NCBI RefSeq assembly: GCF_036321535.1
Contig: NC_087437.1
Coordinates: 114,888,001-114,952,000, forward strand
Direction: 5' to 3'
Source: Camelus dromedarius
Lineage: Eukaryota
Length of the DNA: 64,000 nucleotides
The translations under genes were made by a program, and so were the position numbers. The notes beneath the pieces are model-generated. The model saw only the letters and a program-made list of their open reading frames with translations. It ran no database searches and had not been told where the DNA came from. This document shows positions 50,831-62,600 of the stretch, in pieces. Numbering within the stretch: position 1 is the stretch's first letter; every line of letters begins with the position of its first letter.

Positions 50831-52069
50831 CAGCCTCGTGCCAGCTAATCAAATTGACTCTAACTCACCATCAGGAACTTGAAACTTAAAGTTTTATGTT
50901 GCTATAAGGAATGTTTTAAAATAACATAACCTTCATATAAATTCTTCACAGCTTAGAAATAGACACAGCTTTCTCTCTTAGAAAGTTCACATTTTTTCCA
51001 CTTTCATTTCTTTTCAGTTGCAGCTGAAAATGTAATAAATGTAATGAAATAGATATTCATAAAGTTTTTGGTGGATGAATCATGAGTATCTGAAAAATGT
51101 GTTTGCCTCTCTACTACAAGCCTATTTTTCTTTCTTTGATAAAAACAACAAATGTTACATACCACTTCTCAACCAAAAAATAATAGGTTTTAACAAAATG
51201 AAAACGTGTGCTTTGGTGTGATAATGGCAACGCATGTCATTCTCAAGACATCTCAAAGGGTTGTAAGTGGCCCCCAGTGGAGGCCAGGGAACTATTCTGA
51301 AAAAGGCACAAGCATTAGATCATCTCAGATCATTAGGATATTTTTTCCATGATGAATCTTTTGATCTGTAACATATGTGAAGTAAAAATAAACTTTATCC
51401 AGTTTTGGAGTTCCCCAAAGCCTTCAAAAAGTAAAATCCTGTTCAAATGGTTCAAAAATAAAACTGTGAAATACACAGCAGTCACCCTTTAAAAGAACTT
51501 TCTGATACACTGGAATAGATAGTAACCCAGGCCAGGAGGGTCGGCTCTCAGGCAGGCAGCCCTGTAGGTCACACACTCCTGGCTTAGAAGAGGCCTGAAG
51601 GCCACCAAGACTCACCTGGGCCCTCTCCGATACGTCCCTCCAGATCACAGCACAGGCCCTGGGACAGACTCTTTCCTTGGGATAGATCATGTGGTACAGA
51701 ACCGTCCTTTATGTGCATCCAAAACACACTTCCCTACACTCTCCATCTCTTGGGGAAGGAGAAAAGGATTCTCATTCCCCTCTTCCATGACCATCCCTTC
51801 AAATGTGTCAAGACCATCCTCTTCCTCCTAATCTTTTCCCCCAGACTGCAGTTCCCAGGCTGCTCCTGGCATGAACAAGTGGGGACAGAGGGCATCAGAG
51901 CCATGTGGGACAGGAGGGTTCATCTCCTTCATCCCACTGTGTCATTGTGCCTGTGACCTCACACTGCCACAACGTGGCCTTTCTACCCATGGCCAAATAT
52001 TGGGAATTTGGGGCTGTTTGTTCCTGCAGCAATGCTGACTAATACACCACCAGCATATGTATGTATGTG

Positions 52070-52072
<3 letters not shown>

Positions 52073-52100
<28 letters not shown>
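52073..52100. repeat. (AC)14 microsatellite
   Basis: Perfect dinucleotide run. Confidence 0.95.
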
Positions 52101-54371
52101 CATTTAGATCATATTTATAGATTTGCATTATATTTCTATTACCATTCCAAGATGAAGCAGTTTGTCATTTTGTTAGTGGTCTGCACCAAATCTAAGATTT
52201 CAGGTTGTTTTCCAATAGCATTGAAAATGCATCTTAAATAATCTAAATTTTTTAGGCATGATGTCAAAAGACAAGTCCAGCTAAATTCCTGTTTTATCAG
52301 ATCACAGACTTCTTCAAATAATAGAGGGTTTTCTCTTCTCCACAGTGCTCCCTTCCACATCCCAGCAATCCTGCTTCTATGACAGTTGAGAGAAAGGATA
52401 AAAGTCACTTGGAGGAGAGAGTCTGTCAGGCCATTGTCTCTGTCGGGGCTGCTCAGGGAACCTGCTAGCTTTCATTCTCTCAGCCCAGAGGCCTGGGTTC
52501 CCTCACCCACACCTGAGGGTGCTGGAGGCCTCTGCTAATTGCCAGGGTCCATCTACCTCCTGGCCGCGTCAGGGATAGGGAGCTGTTGGTTTTGTGAGGG
52601 AGAAAATGATGTTTTAATGAGTGCACACACACCCTCAGACTTCCGCGCTCACGGTCTCATCCTGGAGGACACAGTCTGAGCAAGGAAAGGCAGTTGTGCC
52701 GGGTCCCCCTATCTCCCGAGCCCTCACGCCTCAGGCTGCAGCTGCCCCACTGCCTCCGCTCCTACAGGAGTCCCCTTGGATCCCCAGGTGCACTCTCCTC
52801 TGGAAATGGGACTCCATGAGATGGGACAGCAGGGTGCACTGAAATGCTGAAATACTTTATGGATGATTACCACGGTCTGGGCGTCCGCTTTGTCAGGAGA
52901 ACACTGAACTCACCAAGATGATGCCCAGGGCGCCATCCTCACCCCTCCTGCTCGCACATCCATCCTGTCTCTGTAACAGCAGGGGGTGCAGAAGCCAACA
53001 CCCTCGGCTCGGCGCCTGCTCTTCTGAAGGGCAATAAAAAAAATACTTGCTACCTGAGCTCTTTCTGTTGGTCGGGGAAGGGAGCAGTTCCACATGTGGG
53101 TTGCATTATCCTCAGAGGTGAGCCTGGCTTTCTAACACACACTAAACAGGCGTCCACAGGAGGGTGAATTTAATATAAACTGCAGCTCTCACTAGTGCTT
53201 ATAGCCAATAAAGGCTCAAGCATCTCGCGTGCTTAAGAACAGGCTACTTGCTGTGTTCCCATGTCCCTAAATGAAGGTTGCCCCAAAGACGAACTCAGGG
53301 AGGCGATCACACTGCCAGCACCGACACACACGTGTGCTGGAGGTTCTGAAGCTGCTCCCCGCAGGAATGCTTTGTGCAACCAGGAACCCCGCCATCTGCT
53401 GGGTCTTGCCTGGTGATGGTCCCCAGTCCTGAATGGATTTACGTTCCATCCCTTCAAGACACATGCACTCAAGGAAAGTGCCTTTCTGGACCCTATTACT
53501 CTGGCCCTGGAAGAGTTGCGTCCGTGTGCTCGTGTTTATGATTATACCCTTAGATTTCATTCGGGTCATTACACGAAGCAGCTGGATGAGGCTTGCTTCC
53601 GCATTTGGGCTGAAATCATCGTGAAGGGCTCGGCTCACTTTGTCCCCCAGGGAGCCCTATAGAAGGTCCAAGGAAAGACCTACTCTTTTTTTAGAATAGA
53701 ACGTCACAGGGGACAAGCCCCTTAAAAGGTTACTGGTTCCCCTCTTTCTAATAATGAGTATTATGCAACCCCGTGGCTGCTGGGAAGATTAGAGTCAAGT
53801 TCAAAGTCTCAGAATGAACTGGGCTCCGCTTACTCCCTCTGCTTCCTCCACCTTTACAAGGTCTTGGGGGATTTTGTTGCACTGACATTGGAACACACAT
53901 GTTATTTGCTTTGTTTGGGGGATCTTCCAAGGCTCTTTGGAAAGAGATGGTGTATAAATAAGTAATATGGAGTGTGGCGAGCTCCGTACAGCAGTTTGGC
54001 TCTGTACGTCTGAGGGAACCACATGTGTTTTCAGGTCTGGAGACACCTCCACAGCACTGGGGGCAGTCCCCACTAAGAAAAGTCCCTAAGACATCTGTAA
54101 ATCCTAGAAATGTGGGGAGGAGAGTCCCTGTCAGTTAATGCGGGAACTCTGCTTTTGTGACTGGAGGGCAAACACCAGTGAGACTTTTGAAAACAGCCGT
54201 TTCCCCCACTCAGTCCTGGTAAGTGATGGGACAGGCTGCAGTACTTTCTATATAAAATATTTTCTACAAGAGCACACCCCCACCTCACCCCTCCTCAGAA
54301 TATTCTTTTTAAAAAATTCCTAGTTAGAAACTCTACATTGTCACTGATTAGGGAAAAAAAAAAGTTCTCAA

Positions 54372-54565
54372 AAAAGAAACAGACTCACAGAAATAGAGAA
54401 CAAACTGGTGGTTACCAGTGGGGAGGGGAAAGGGGGTGCAGTATAGGGGTGGGGGAGAAAGGGTTATTATGGGATGATATGAAGTCATGTGTGTGAAACT
54501 TCTGAAAATTGTAAAGCACTATAGACTTTAAAGAATTCTTCATGCAATAAAAACTATAAAAAAGA
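54372..54565 (+). mobile_element. L1 3' terminal fragment
   Basis: 'aaacagactcacagaaatagagaacaaactggtggttaccagtgggga..gtgtgtgaaacttctgaaaattgtaaagcactataga..AATAAA' followed by an A-rich tail. Confidence 0.85.
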
Positions 54566-54824
54566 CTGCATAAACATTAAAAAATGTTTCTAGGAGATAA
54601 TTAGCACACTGAAGCAGAAGCCTTTTCAAAAGGTGATTGAAATATTGTGGTCTCCTCTATCTTCCATACCACCACCTAATAACTAACCTATTGTCAAGCA
54701 CACATAGGATCTGGGGAGGAGCTTAACATTATACCACTCAAACTGAAGATTTTTCCAGTTAAAGACATGAGGAGGCGGAAAGGACTGAACGCTGCATGAT
54801 GTTAAATTATCCTTGGCGTTCTCA

Positions 54825-54930
54825 TAGGTAGCCAAGGGTTCTAATCCCAGCTCTGCCCTCATAGCTCTGGGACCACAGAAATGTCACTTTTCTATTTAGC
54901 CTTCGTTTCCTTATCTTTGAAACCAGAGAC
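54825..54930 (+). mobile_element. MIR fragment
   Basis: 'gggttctaatcccagctctgcc..tagctctgggacc..gtttccttatctttgaaa'. Confidence 0.7.
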
Positions 54931-55034
54931 GTGTCTTGGATCATCTTAATGGCGTCTCTTATTCTCAGCCTATTTCATGCTGGTGGAACTAACCATTCCT
55001 AGAATTGCCAGCACATTCCTTCCAAAGGGGAGTA

Positions 55035-55352
55035 TTCAGCCTTGTCTTGTCCCAGATTTTAGTGGGAAGATTTTGAGTTTTTCACTGTTGAGTACTATGC
55101 TGGCTGTAGGTTTGTCATATATAGCTTTTATTATGCTGAGATATGTTCCCTCTATATCCACTTTGGTGAGAGTTTTTATCATAAATGGGTGTCGAATTTT
55201 AGCAAATGCTTTTTCTGCATTTATTGAGATGATCATGTGGTTTTTGTCCTTTCTCTTGTTCATGTGATGTATTACATTGATTGATTTGCGTATGTTGAAC
55301 CACCCTTGTGTCTCTGGGATGAACCCCACTTGATCATGATGTATAATCTTTT
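55035..55352 (-). mobile_element. Inverted 5' segment of a young L1 (ORF2 reverse-transcriptase region)
   Basis: Minus-strand translation [59 protein letters not shown] matches L1 RT subdomains. Confidence 0.95.
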
Positions 55353-56153
55353 CAAAAGTCCACAGATGACAAATGCTGGAGAGGCTGTGGAGAAAAGGGA
55401 ACCCTCCTACACTGCTCGTGGGAATGCAGTTTGGTACAGCCACTGTGGAAAACAGTATGGAGATTTCTCAAAAGACTAGGAATAGACTTACCATATGACC
55501 CAGGAATCCTGCTCCTGGGCATATATCCAGAAGGAACCCTACTTCAAAATGACACCTGCACCCCAATGTTCATAGTAGCGCTATTTACAATAGCCAAGAC
55601 ATGGAAACAGCCTAAATATCCATCAACAGATGACTGGATAAAGAAGATGTGGTATATTTATACAATGGAATACTATTCAGCCATAAAAACTGACAACATA
55701 ACGCCATCTGCAGCAACACGGATGTTCCTGAAGAAAGTCATTCTAAGTGAAGTAAGCTGGAAAGAGAAAGAAAGATACCATATGAGATCATTCATATGTG
55801 GAATCTAAAAAAAAAAAACAAAAAAAACCATAAATACAAAACAGAAACAGACTCATAGACATAAAATACAAACTTGTGGTTGCCAATGGGGTGGTGGGTG
55901 GAAAGGGACAGACTGGGATTTCAAAATGTAGACTAGATAAACAAGATTATACTGTGTAGCACAGGGAAATATACACAAGATCTTGTAGTAGCTCACAGTG
56001 AAAAAAAACATGACAATGAATATATATATGTTCATGTATAACTGAAAAATTGTGCTCTTCATTGGAATTTGACACAACATTGTAAAATGACTATAACTCA
56101 ATTGAAAAACTGTTTAAAAAAAAGAAAAGAGAGCAAGGGGAAGAAAAAAGAAA
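55353..56153 (+). mobile_element. Sense 3' segment of the same L1 (ORF2 C-terminus, 3'UTR, A-rich tail)
   Basis: ORF 55431-55808 [50 protein letters not shown]..; 12-bp TSD CAAAGGGGAGTA at 55023-55034 and 56154-56165 brackets both segments. Confidence 0.95.
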
Positions 56154-56172
56154 CAAAGGGGAGTACTAAAAA

Positions 56173-56191
56173 TGTCCACCAGGGGGCGCCT
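56173..56191 (+). promoter_or_regulatory. CTCF binding motif (predicted)
   Basis: TGTCCACCAGGGGGCGCCT; the core CCACCAGGGGGCGC (56176-56189) is the canonical CTCF consensus. Occupancy not shown. Confidence 0.75.
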
Positions 56192-56910
56192 GATTCGCTA
56201 CAAACAGTGGCCCAGGGTCAGGACACCCTGTGGACAGTTGTGGGGTGACCCCAGTTTGCCCATCCAGTCATGGAAGGATTCCAGGCATCCAAGGATGACT
56301 GGTCCTCTTAGGGGTTAGGCCTGAATTGCACCATCTCCTCTACCAACCTGTTTTGCAATTTATCCACACCTTTGAGCAGCTGGTCTGGACAATTCTGTAT
56401 TTCTGAAATTTCTGGCATTAGGTAGTTTGGGGCCAGCTGCCTATGTGGGAAACTTTTCAGTTCATTCACTTATGATTCCATCAGAAGCCAAGAATCTGGG
56501 AGCTGGTTGAAGCTGGAAAAAAAAGTCTCTGTCTCTTGCCCTCTACCCTGGATGCTGAGAACTGGGTTGGTGGCCAGCACGACCGCTGTGGCTTAGAGGG
56601 GATGATCAAGGAGGGTCCTGGGGTTGGGTGGGGGTTCTGGGGCAGAAGAATCGGGGGAGTGTGCCCTTGGTTTTCTCCCAAGATGTCCTGAATGTGCCTC
56701 CTCTCATGGAGTCTACAATCAACCATGGATCAAATATGCTGTTTCAGTCACTGCTGCTTTTTGCTGGAATCTCATTGCACATGGGAATTCTTTGGGTGTA
56801 ATTACACTCAGATACCAGATTCCCCTGTGCCTCCAATGAAGTTTCTTAGATTCTTTGGGGTGCGATTTCTAAGGCTTTTGGAGAACTTTCCCAGCTCTGC
56901 AGAACATGTT

Positions 56911-57341
56911 TGTTAATGGTTGTGTGTCCCCCAAAAAGATATATTGAAATTTTAACCATTGGTCCCTGTGGATGTGACCTTATTTGGAAATAGGGTCATT
57001 GCAGATGTAATTGGTGATGTTAAGATGAGGTCATTAGGGTGGGCCCTGAATCCAGCATGACTAGTACCCTGACGAGAAGAGGGCATTAGGACGTAGACAC
57101 AGGGACGGAAGGCCATGGGACGACAGAGCAGAGACTGGAGTGATGCTCACAAGCCAAGCAACACCCAGGGGGTGCCGGCAACATCAGAAGCCGGAAGAGG
57201 CAAGGAAGGATCTCCCTTACAGGTGTCAGTTGCTGACACCTTGATTTTAGACTTCTGGTCTCCGGAACTCTGAGAGAATAAATTCTGTCAAGCCCCCTGG
57301 TTTATGCACTTTGTTACAGCAATCCCAGGGCAACTAATACA
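56911..57341 (+). mobile_element. MaLR solo LTR, MLT1B/C-like
   Basis: 'atgtgaccttatttggaaatagggtcattgcagatgtaatt..aagatgaggtcat', ending 'aactaataca'; TSD-like ATGTT/ATATT. Confidence 0.92.
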
Positions 57342-57674
57342 ATATTGAAACTGAAGTGATGGTAGAATTGTTTGTCTACAGCATGATAGAACCCCCCAGG
57401 GTCACCGCAATTTTGAAAAAAGAAATTCAGCCAGTGTTTTTTTTTCCTTTCTCAATCAGCGTCACTTTGCTCTTGCTAAAACTGAACAGAAGGCAGCCTT
57501 GCCAATTATTTCCAAACTGGCTCCATGCAATAATTGTTTCTCAGTCCACCCCCTGCCCTTCCAACATCGCCAGCCTTGCTTTTCCCTCTCTTTCTTCGGT
57601 ACTTCTAAACGAAGACTGAAACAGATCATTAACTTTTATGCATTTTTTTCTCTTCTTTCACTCTCAGAAATGCC

Positions 57675-58097
57675 AGTCAATGGTCACTGTGGCCCTACCG
57701 AAGTTCATGTCCACTTGGAACCTCAGAACGTGAACTTATTTGGAATGAGGGTCTTTGCAGATGTCGTTAAGGTAAGGCTCTCAAGACGAAATCATCCTGG
57801 ATTATGGCGAGCCCGAAATCCAATGACAGGTGTCCCTGGAAGAGTCAGAAAGGGGAAGACACAGGGGGAGACACAGGGAAGAAGCCCACGCGTGGACAGA
57901 GGCGAAGGTTGGAGGGATGCAGCCGCAAGCCAAGGAACGCCAGGGGCCACCGAGAGCAGGAGGAGACAAGGCAGGATGCTCCCCCAGGGCCTTTGGAATT
58001 TAATTTCCAGTCCCCACAACTGTGAGAGAAGACACTTCTGTTGTTTGAGGTCACCCACGTTGTGGCGATCTGTGCAGCTGCCCCAGGAAACTGATAA
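57675..58097 (+). mobile_element. MaLR solo LTR, MLT1C-like
   Basis: 'gttcatgtccacttggaacctcagaacgtgaacttatttggaatgagggtctttgcagatgt', 'gcagccgcaagccaaggaacgcc', 'ccccaggaaactgata'. Confidence 0.88.
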
Positions 58098-58190
58098 CGA
58101 TAGTCTCTGTGTTCTGCTCCACTGCTGATCACCTGTCCCTTCCTAAAACACTCTCCAAACTTGGCCACTGAGGCTCTAACCCAGCTTTCC

Positions 58191-58298
58191 TTCACTCACT
58201 AAACAAGTATTTACTAAGCTCCTACTACGCTCCCAGCACACTGCCAGGCGCAGGGATACGGCTGCAGTGACAGATGGTCCCCAGGAAGCTTATGATCT
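58191..58298 (-). mobile_element. L2 3' end
   Basis: 'ttcactcactaaacaagtatttactaagctcctactacgctcccagcac..gggatac'. Confidence 0.7.
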
Positions 58299-59304
58299 TC
58301 CTTCCTTGTCCCACTAACTGTGGGGACTCCCACTGCTCCCTCTGCCCCTTGAGTTTGTCACAGGAACAACCCCCAAATCTACAACTCCATCCTATTCTCG
58401 TATCTCCTCGCTTCCAGACCTGCCTTCTTTTGCTGCTCCGTGACTCCTCCTATCATGGCAAATGCCTTTCTCCCTCTAAGCACTCTATTCCCATCAGTAT
58501 AACCAGGGTCCCCCGTAGAACGCCCCGGGCAGGGCAGTCGCCTTCATTGCTCCCTCTGACTTGGCCGGGCCCAGGCCCCTTCCCACCTCCTTCCTTCCCA
58601 CTCCTGGCTGCCCCTGGCTGTCTCTCATCACCCTGATCTGTCTGTGTCGCTCCGACACAGATTAGATGTCTGAAAACCTGATTTTCACAGGCACTTCTCA
58701 TATCAAAAACCCCTAGCAGTGCAGGACTGACTCCTTAAGAAGGTCTGGCTCCGTGGCAGGGCAGCTGAGCCCTGCTTAGTGGGGGCCCAGCACCACGTGC
58801 CCCTGAGGCATCCTCTGCTTCCACCAACCTGGACCACTCACATCCTTAAACACACCCAGCCCCACCCTTCTCCTTTCCTCCCTTCCCAGTGCCCTCAAGC
58901 TTCCCTAATCCAACCCTTCCAGCCACTGGCCCAGCAGCAAGCTTGCCTCCACGGGGAGCACGTTCCCTCCTTCTCTGGAATGCCTACGGCATTCAGGAGC
59001 AGGCTCTTACCTGCCATCTGTGCAGCATCCTGTCTCCTGCCTCCCTGTTCTTGGAACATGCACCCCAGGGCACCCTGGTAGCACCACCACCCACTCCTCC
59101 CAGCAACCAGCCTCAAGGTGGACCAGAGTCCCACTAAGACCATGGAATCAAGATGGGAGATTTCAGCTCTTGGGGCACATTTTTATCCTCCTTTAAGAAA
59201 AACATAAATCTCATGGAAATAAGGTGACAAGCTCAGTGTGATGATGAGAACATACATGCCCCATCCCCCATCACTTCTGCTGTCAAAAGTCCCCTGAGGT
59301 CCCC

Positions 59305-59655
59305 CGTTATTGGTTTTTGAAGTGTGCCCCTCCCCCAAATTTGTATGTTGAACTCCTAACCCCCAGGACCTCAGAATGAGGCTGTATTTGGAAATAGTCC
59401 TTACAGATGTAATCAATTCAGATGAGGTCATACTGGAGTAGGGAGGACCCTCAATCCAAAATGACTGGTGTCCTTATAAAAAGGGGGGAACTGGACACAG
59501 ACGCACATAGAGGGAAGACAACGTGAAGGGACAGGGGAAAGACCGTCATCCACCAGCCAAGGAGGGAGGCCTCCGAAGGAGCCAGCCCTACCAGATCTAC
59601 AAGACAGACATTTCTGTTGTTGAAGCCCCCCAGCTTATGGCACTGTGTTGTGGAG
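59305..59655 (+). mobile_element. MaLR LTR, MLT1B-like
   Basis: 'gtatgttgaactcctaacccccaggacctcagaatgaggctgtatttggaaatag', 'atgactggtgtccttataaaaagg', 'gccaaggagggaggcctc'. Confidence 0.9.
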
Positions 59656-62600
59656 GGACACTTACCAAATGCCCTCAGGAATCTCTAAATCCTCTGTTCT
59701 AGAGGACTGCATTTGCCCCCAATACCCCTAACTAGAGATGTGCTTAATTCCTAAAAAGCTCTGATTGCTCTGCTTTCCATGGTGGGCTGGGGGAGGGGAG
59801 TGTGGGAAAACCCCCTCCCCTCCCCTCCCCCTTGGCTTCTCCGATCCCTTGGGCGCTTCTCCATTCAGCCAACACCAAGGGAAGGCCGGCCATACGTAGA
59901 CACGGCGATGGCAGCTGGCCCACGTGTCCCACCCTGATGTGAACGGGACGTCGGAGCACCTTCTGAACCTCACATGGCACCCGCAGGTCTGGCCAGTCAA
60001 TGGGCAACTGCCCTCTAGACCCTGAGTTCAGCCCTGGAGTAGCAGTTGCCTGTGAGAACATGGATCTTCTTGGGTGCACAGCATTCTGTACAAACATGCT
60101 AATTTTATGCTGGTCTTCAAAGGGAAAGAGGAGACCCTTTCTCTTGGGAAATTCCAACCCACTGAAGCAAAGAACGCACCATTTTCCCCAAAGGGTGGCC
60201 TGGAGGTTCTTCCTGGGACCGCTCCTGGGCCCCAGGGGCGGCGGGCAGCTCTGGCTGTGGGTCTTGCCACTTGAGACACGCAGCTGGGCCGGGCAGGCCG
60301 GGAGGGCTGAGCCCTGGGCCCCAGGCAGGGCAGGGGATGAGGGCCAGGTGGACCCCAGGGCTGGAGAGAAGTTCAGCCCGGAAGCAGAGCTGGGGAGGGA
60401 GGGGAGTCCAGGCCAGCACGGAGAGGCCCAGCCTGCCGCTGTGTGGGACTAGGGAGTCCTGGCAGGGGACCCAGGAGGAGGAGAGGGTCTGGAATCTTGA
60501 GGGGCAGGCAGCTGGGCTGGGAGAAGGCGAGGCAGGCTGCCGGCCAACAGGCCACAGTTCGGGAAGGAAAGGTCAGACTAGGCGGAGGAGGGGTGATGGC
60601 GAGCAAGGCCAGGTCTCCCGAGGATGGACTGGGAAGACCCCCAGCATGGGAGGAGCTGCCTTGGGAGCAAGACCTCAGTCTAGTGTCCTGGCCCCGATGG
60701 TAGGAAGGAACTGTGTCTCTGAAAACAGAGGAAAGCCCGAGTTTTCAGAAGGGGACTGGCAGAAGGAGCAATCTGAGAAGCCAGGCTCCTGAGTGTGCAG
60801 GGCAAGCGCTCCCGCCTGAGGTCAGGACCCAGCTAGGACGGGCGGGGGCCGGGGTGGGTGAAGGGGGCTGGGCAGGGGAGGCGCGCAGAGCAGGGGGGAA
60901 GGAGGGCCGGGACTCGGCCTGAGCCAGGCCTGGGTGCAGCCAGTCTGAGAGCCATGCTTTTGGAAACCAAACGTCCGATGGTCTTTGCATGGTCCCCAAA
61001 GCTACAGACCTGCCCTAGACGCCTCAGTGTCCCTCCCGGACAACAATCTTTTGAGAGCCACGGGGTTTAGAAAACACAGATCTCAGGTTGGAGAACTGGC
61101 CGGCAGTCAACCCCCAGGCGATACAGGGCCAGCCTGGAGGGTAAGCGGCGGTCTCCATCCCAGTTGTTGGGAGAGATGGAAAGGAACCGGTGGGTGAGCC
61201 GCTGCCACTGAGAGCTGACCTACACTGATGTTTGACTTGCAAAACCCATTAACCAGGAGGCTAATGTTTAGCTTTCTGCTGTGGTTGATAAGAGCAGGGC
61301 ACTTAAGAGAGTCGCACTTTTTAGTGTTTCCTGACCTGGAATAAAAAGAATGTCTTTGTTCCATCAGTAGACAGACAGATTTGGGGCTTTATCCTTTAGT
61401 GAGTTTGATTAACCTACAAATAGCTCATCTTTCCCTTAATTAAAAAAAAAAAAAGCCACGTTGTAACATGGAAAGGGAGGAGGCATGGGCAGGAATCGTC
61501 TGTGTTTCTGCAACGTCTCCCTTTTCCTCCTGCCCACTGCCCGCTATTCTGTTTGGAGAAGAGCTGGCAGGGCGACCTCTCTGGATCAGAAACTTCGTGG
61601 CTCCATAGTCTACACAGACAGCTAACGGGGGTGAGTACGAATGACCGGTTTTGTTAAGTCTGAGAACCAGAAACATACAAGAAGAGTGGCTCTTTCTGCT
61701 TCTGGAACTGGCCGTCCAAGGAACCGGGCAGCCAGGGCGACAGCAGTCATGCCGCCCTTTCCCCGGGACGTGAAGGCTGGCCCTCCACGGTGACAAACGC
61801 GTGGAGGATCGGAGACACCTGGATGCGCCTGTCCAGCAGGTCACGCGAGGAGCCCATGTTGGGTCAGTCACCTGGGTGCTGCGGGCCAGGTTTTACTGAG
61901 ACAGAGACAAGAGCAATGAGAGAATTCTGGTGGAGGAACTGCATCGGTGCTCAGGTTTGTTTTGATTTTTTTTCACCCAAGAAGGGCAGAAGCTAACAGG
62001 CGGGGAGAAAACCTAGGGACCTGACATCTTGGTCCCAGGAGATAACCCCGGCCTGAGCCTGCGGGAGAAGCACTGCATCATGAGCTCAGGCTGTTCTTGG
62101 CTCTTCATCTCGAAGGCCTCTGGGGTTCAGCTGCCTGTGTGCATGGAATGTTCTGGAAGAGCGAGAACCCTCTCCCCTTCCCCAACCCACTCTTCTCAGT
62201 TACGTACATCTAGCCGGGCTCCCCCTGCACCACACAGTAGGTCCCAAGGCAGACTCACAGGGGTGTGAAAATAAGGGTTGTCCCAAAGCTTCCAGGGAAG
62301 GGGTGACTTCCTGACCGACTTTATGGGCCCCAAGGCCTGCAGGAAATTCCAGGGATGGGGGTGGGGATCCTGGTGGGAGCAATTCAGGCTGCAGGCCTGA
62401 GTGGCTGCATGTCTCAGCATGGGTGCGGGATGGGCGTGCGAGCTGTGTGACCCCACTGAGCACCTGCTGGGACACAACCTGGGTGGAAGGGGCGGGGGAG
62501 GAAGGAAGGGGAAGCAGGCCCCTCTCAGTGGCCCCTTAAGTGACACGGCTCCTGGGAGGTGGTGGAGACAGCAGCCATGCAAGTTCTGAGTGGCAGGAGC

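Noticed and set aside
53420..53660. Protein-like open frame NGFTFHPFKTHALKESAFLDPITLALEELRPCARVYDY...
   Set aside because: No start codon, weak splice signals and no family recognised; a tBLASTn/PhyloCSF hit would be needed to revive it.
55036..55443. 135-aa ORF resembling a novel reverse transcriptase fusion
   Set aside because: Chance in-frame read across the L1 inversion junction; the N-terminus is antisense L1 and the RT portion stops before the catalytic FADD motif.
57499..58128. 209-aa ORF
   Set aside because: Runs through an MLT1 LTR; spurious.
56911..59655. Three same-orientation MLT1 LTRs suggesting an intact provirus
   Set aside because: The LTRs differ in subfamily, the first has its own TSD-like flanks, and the spacers are unique or L2 DNA rather than MaLR internal sequence.
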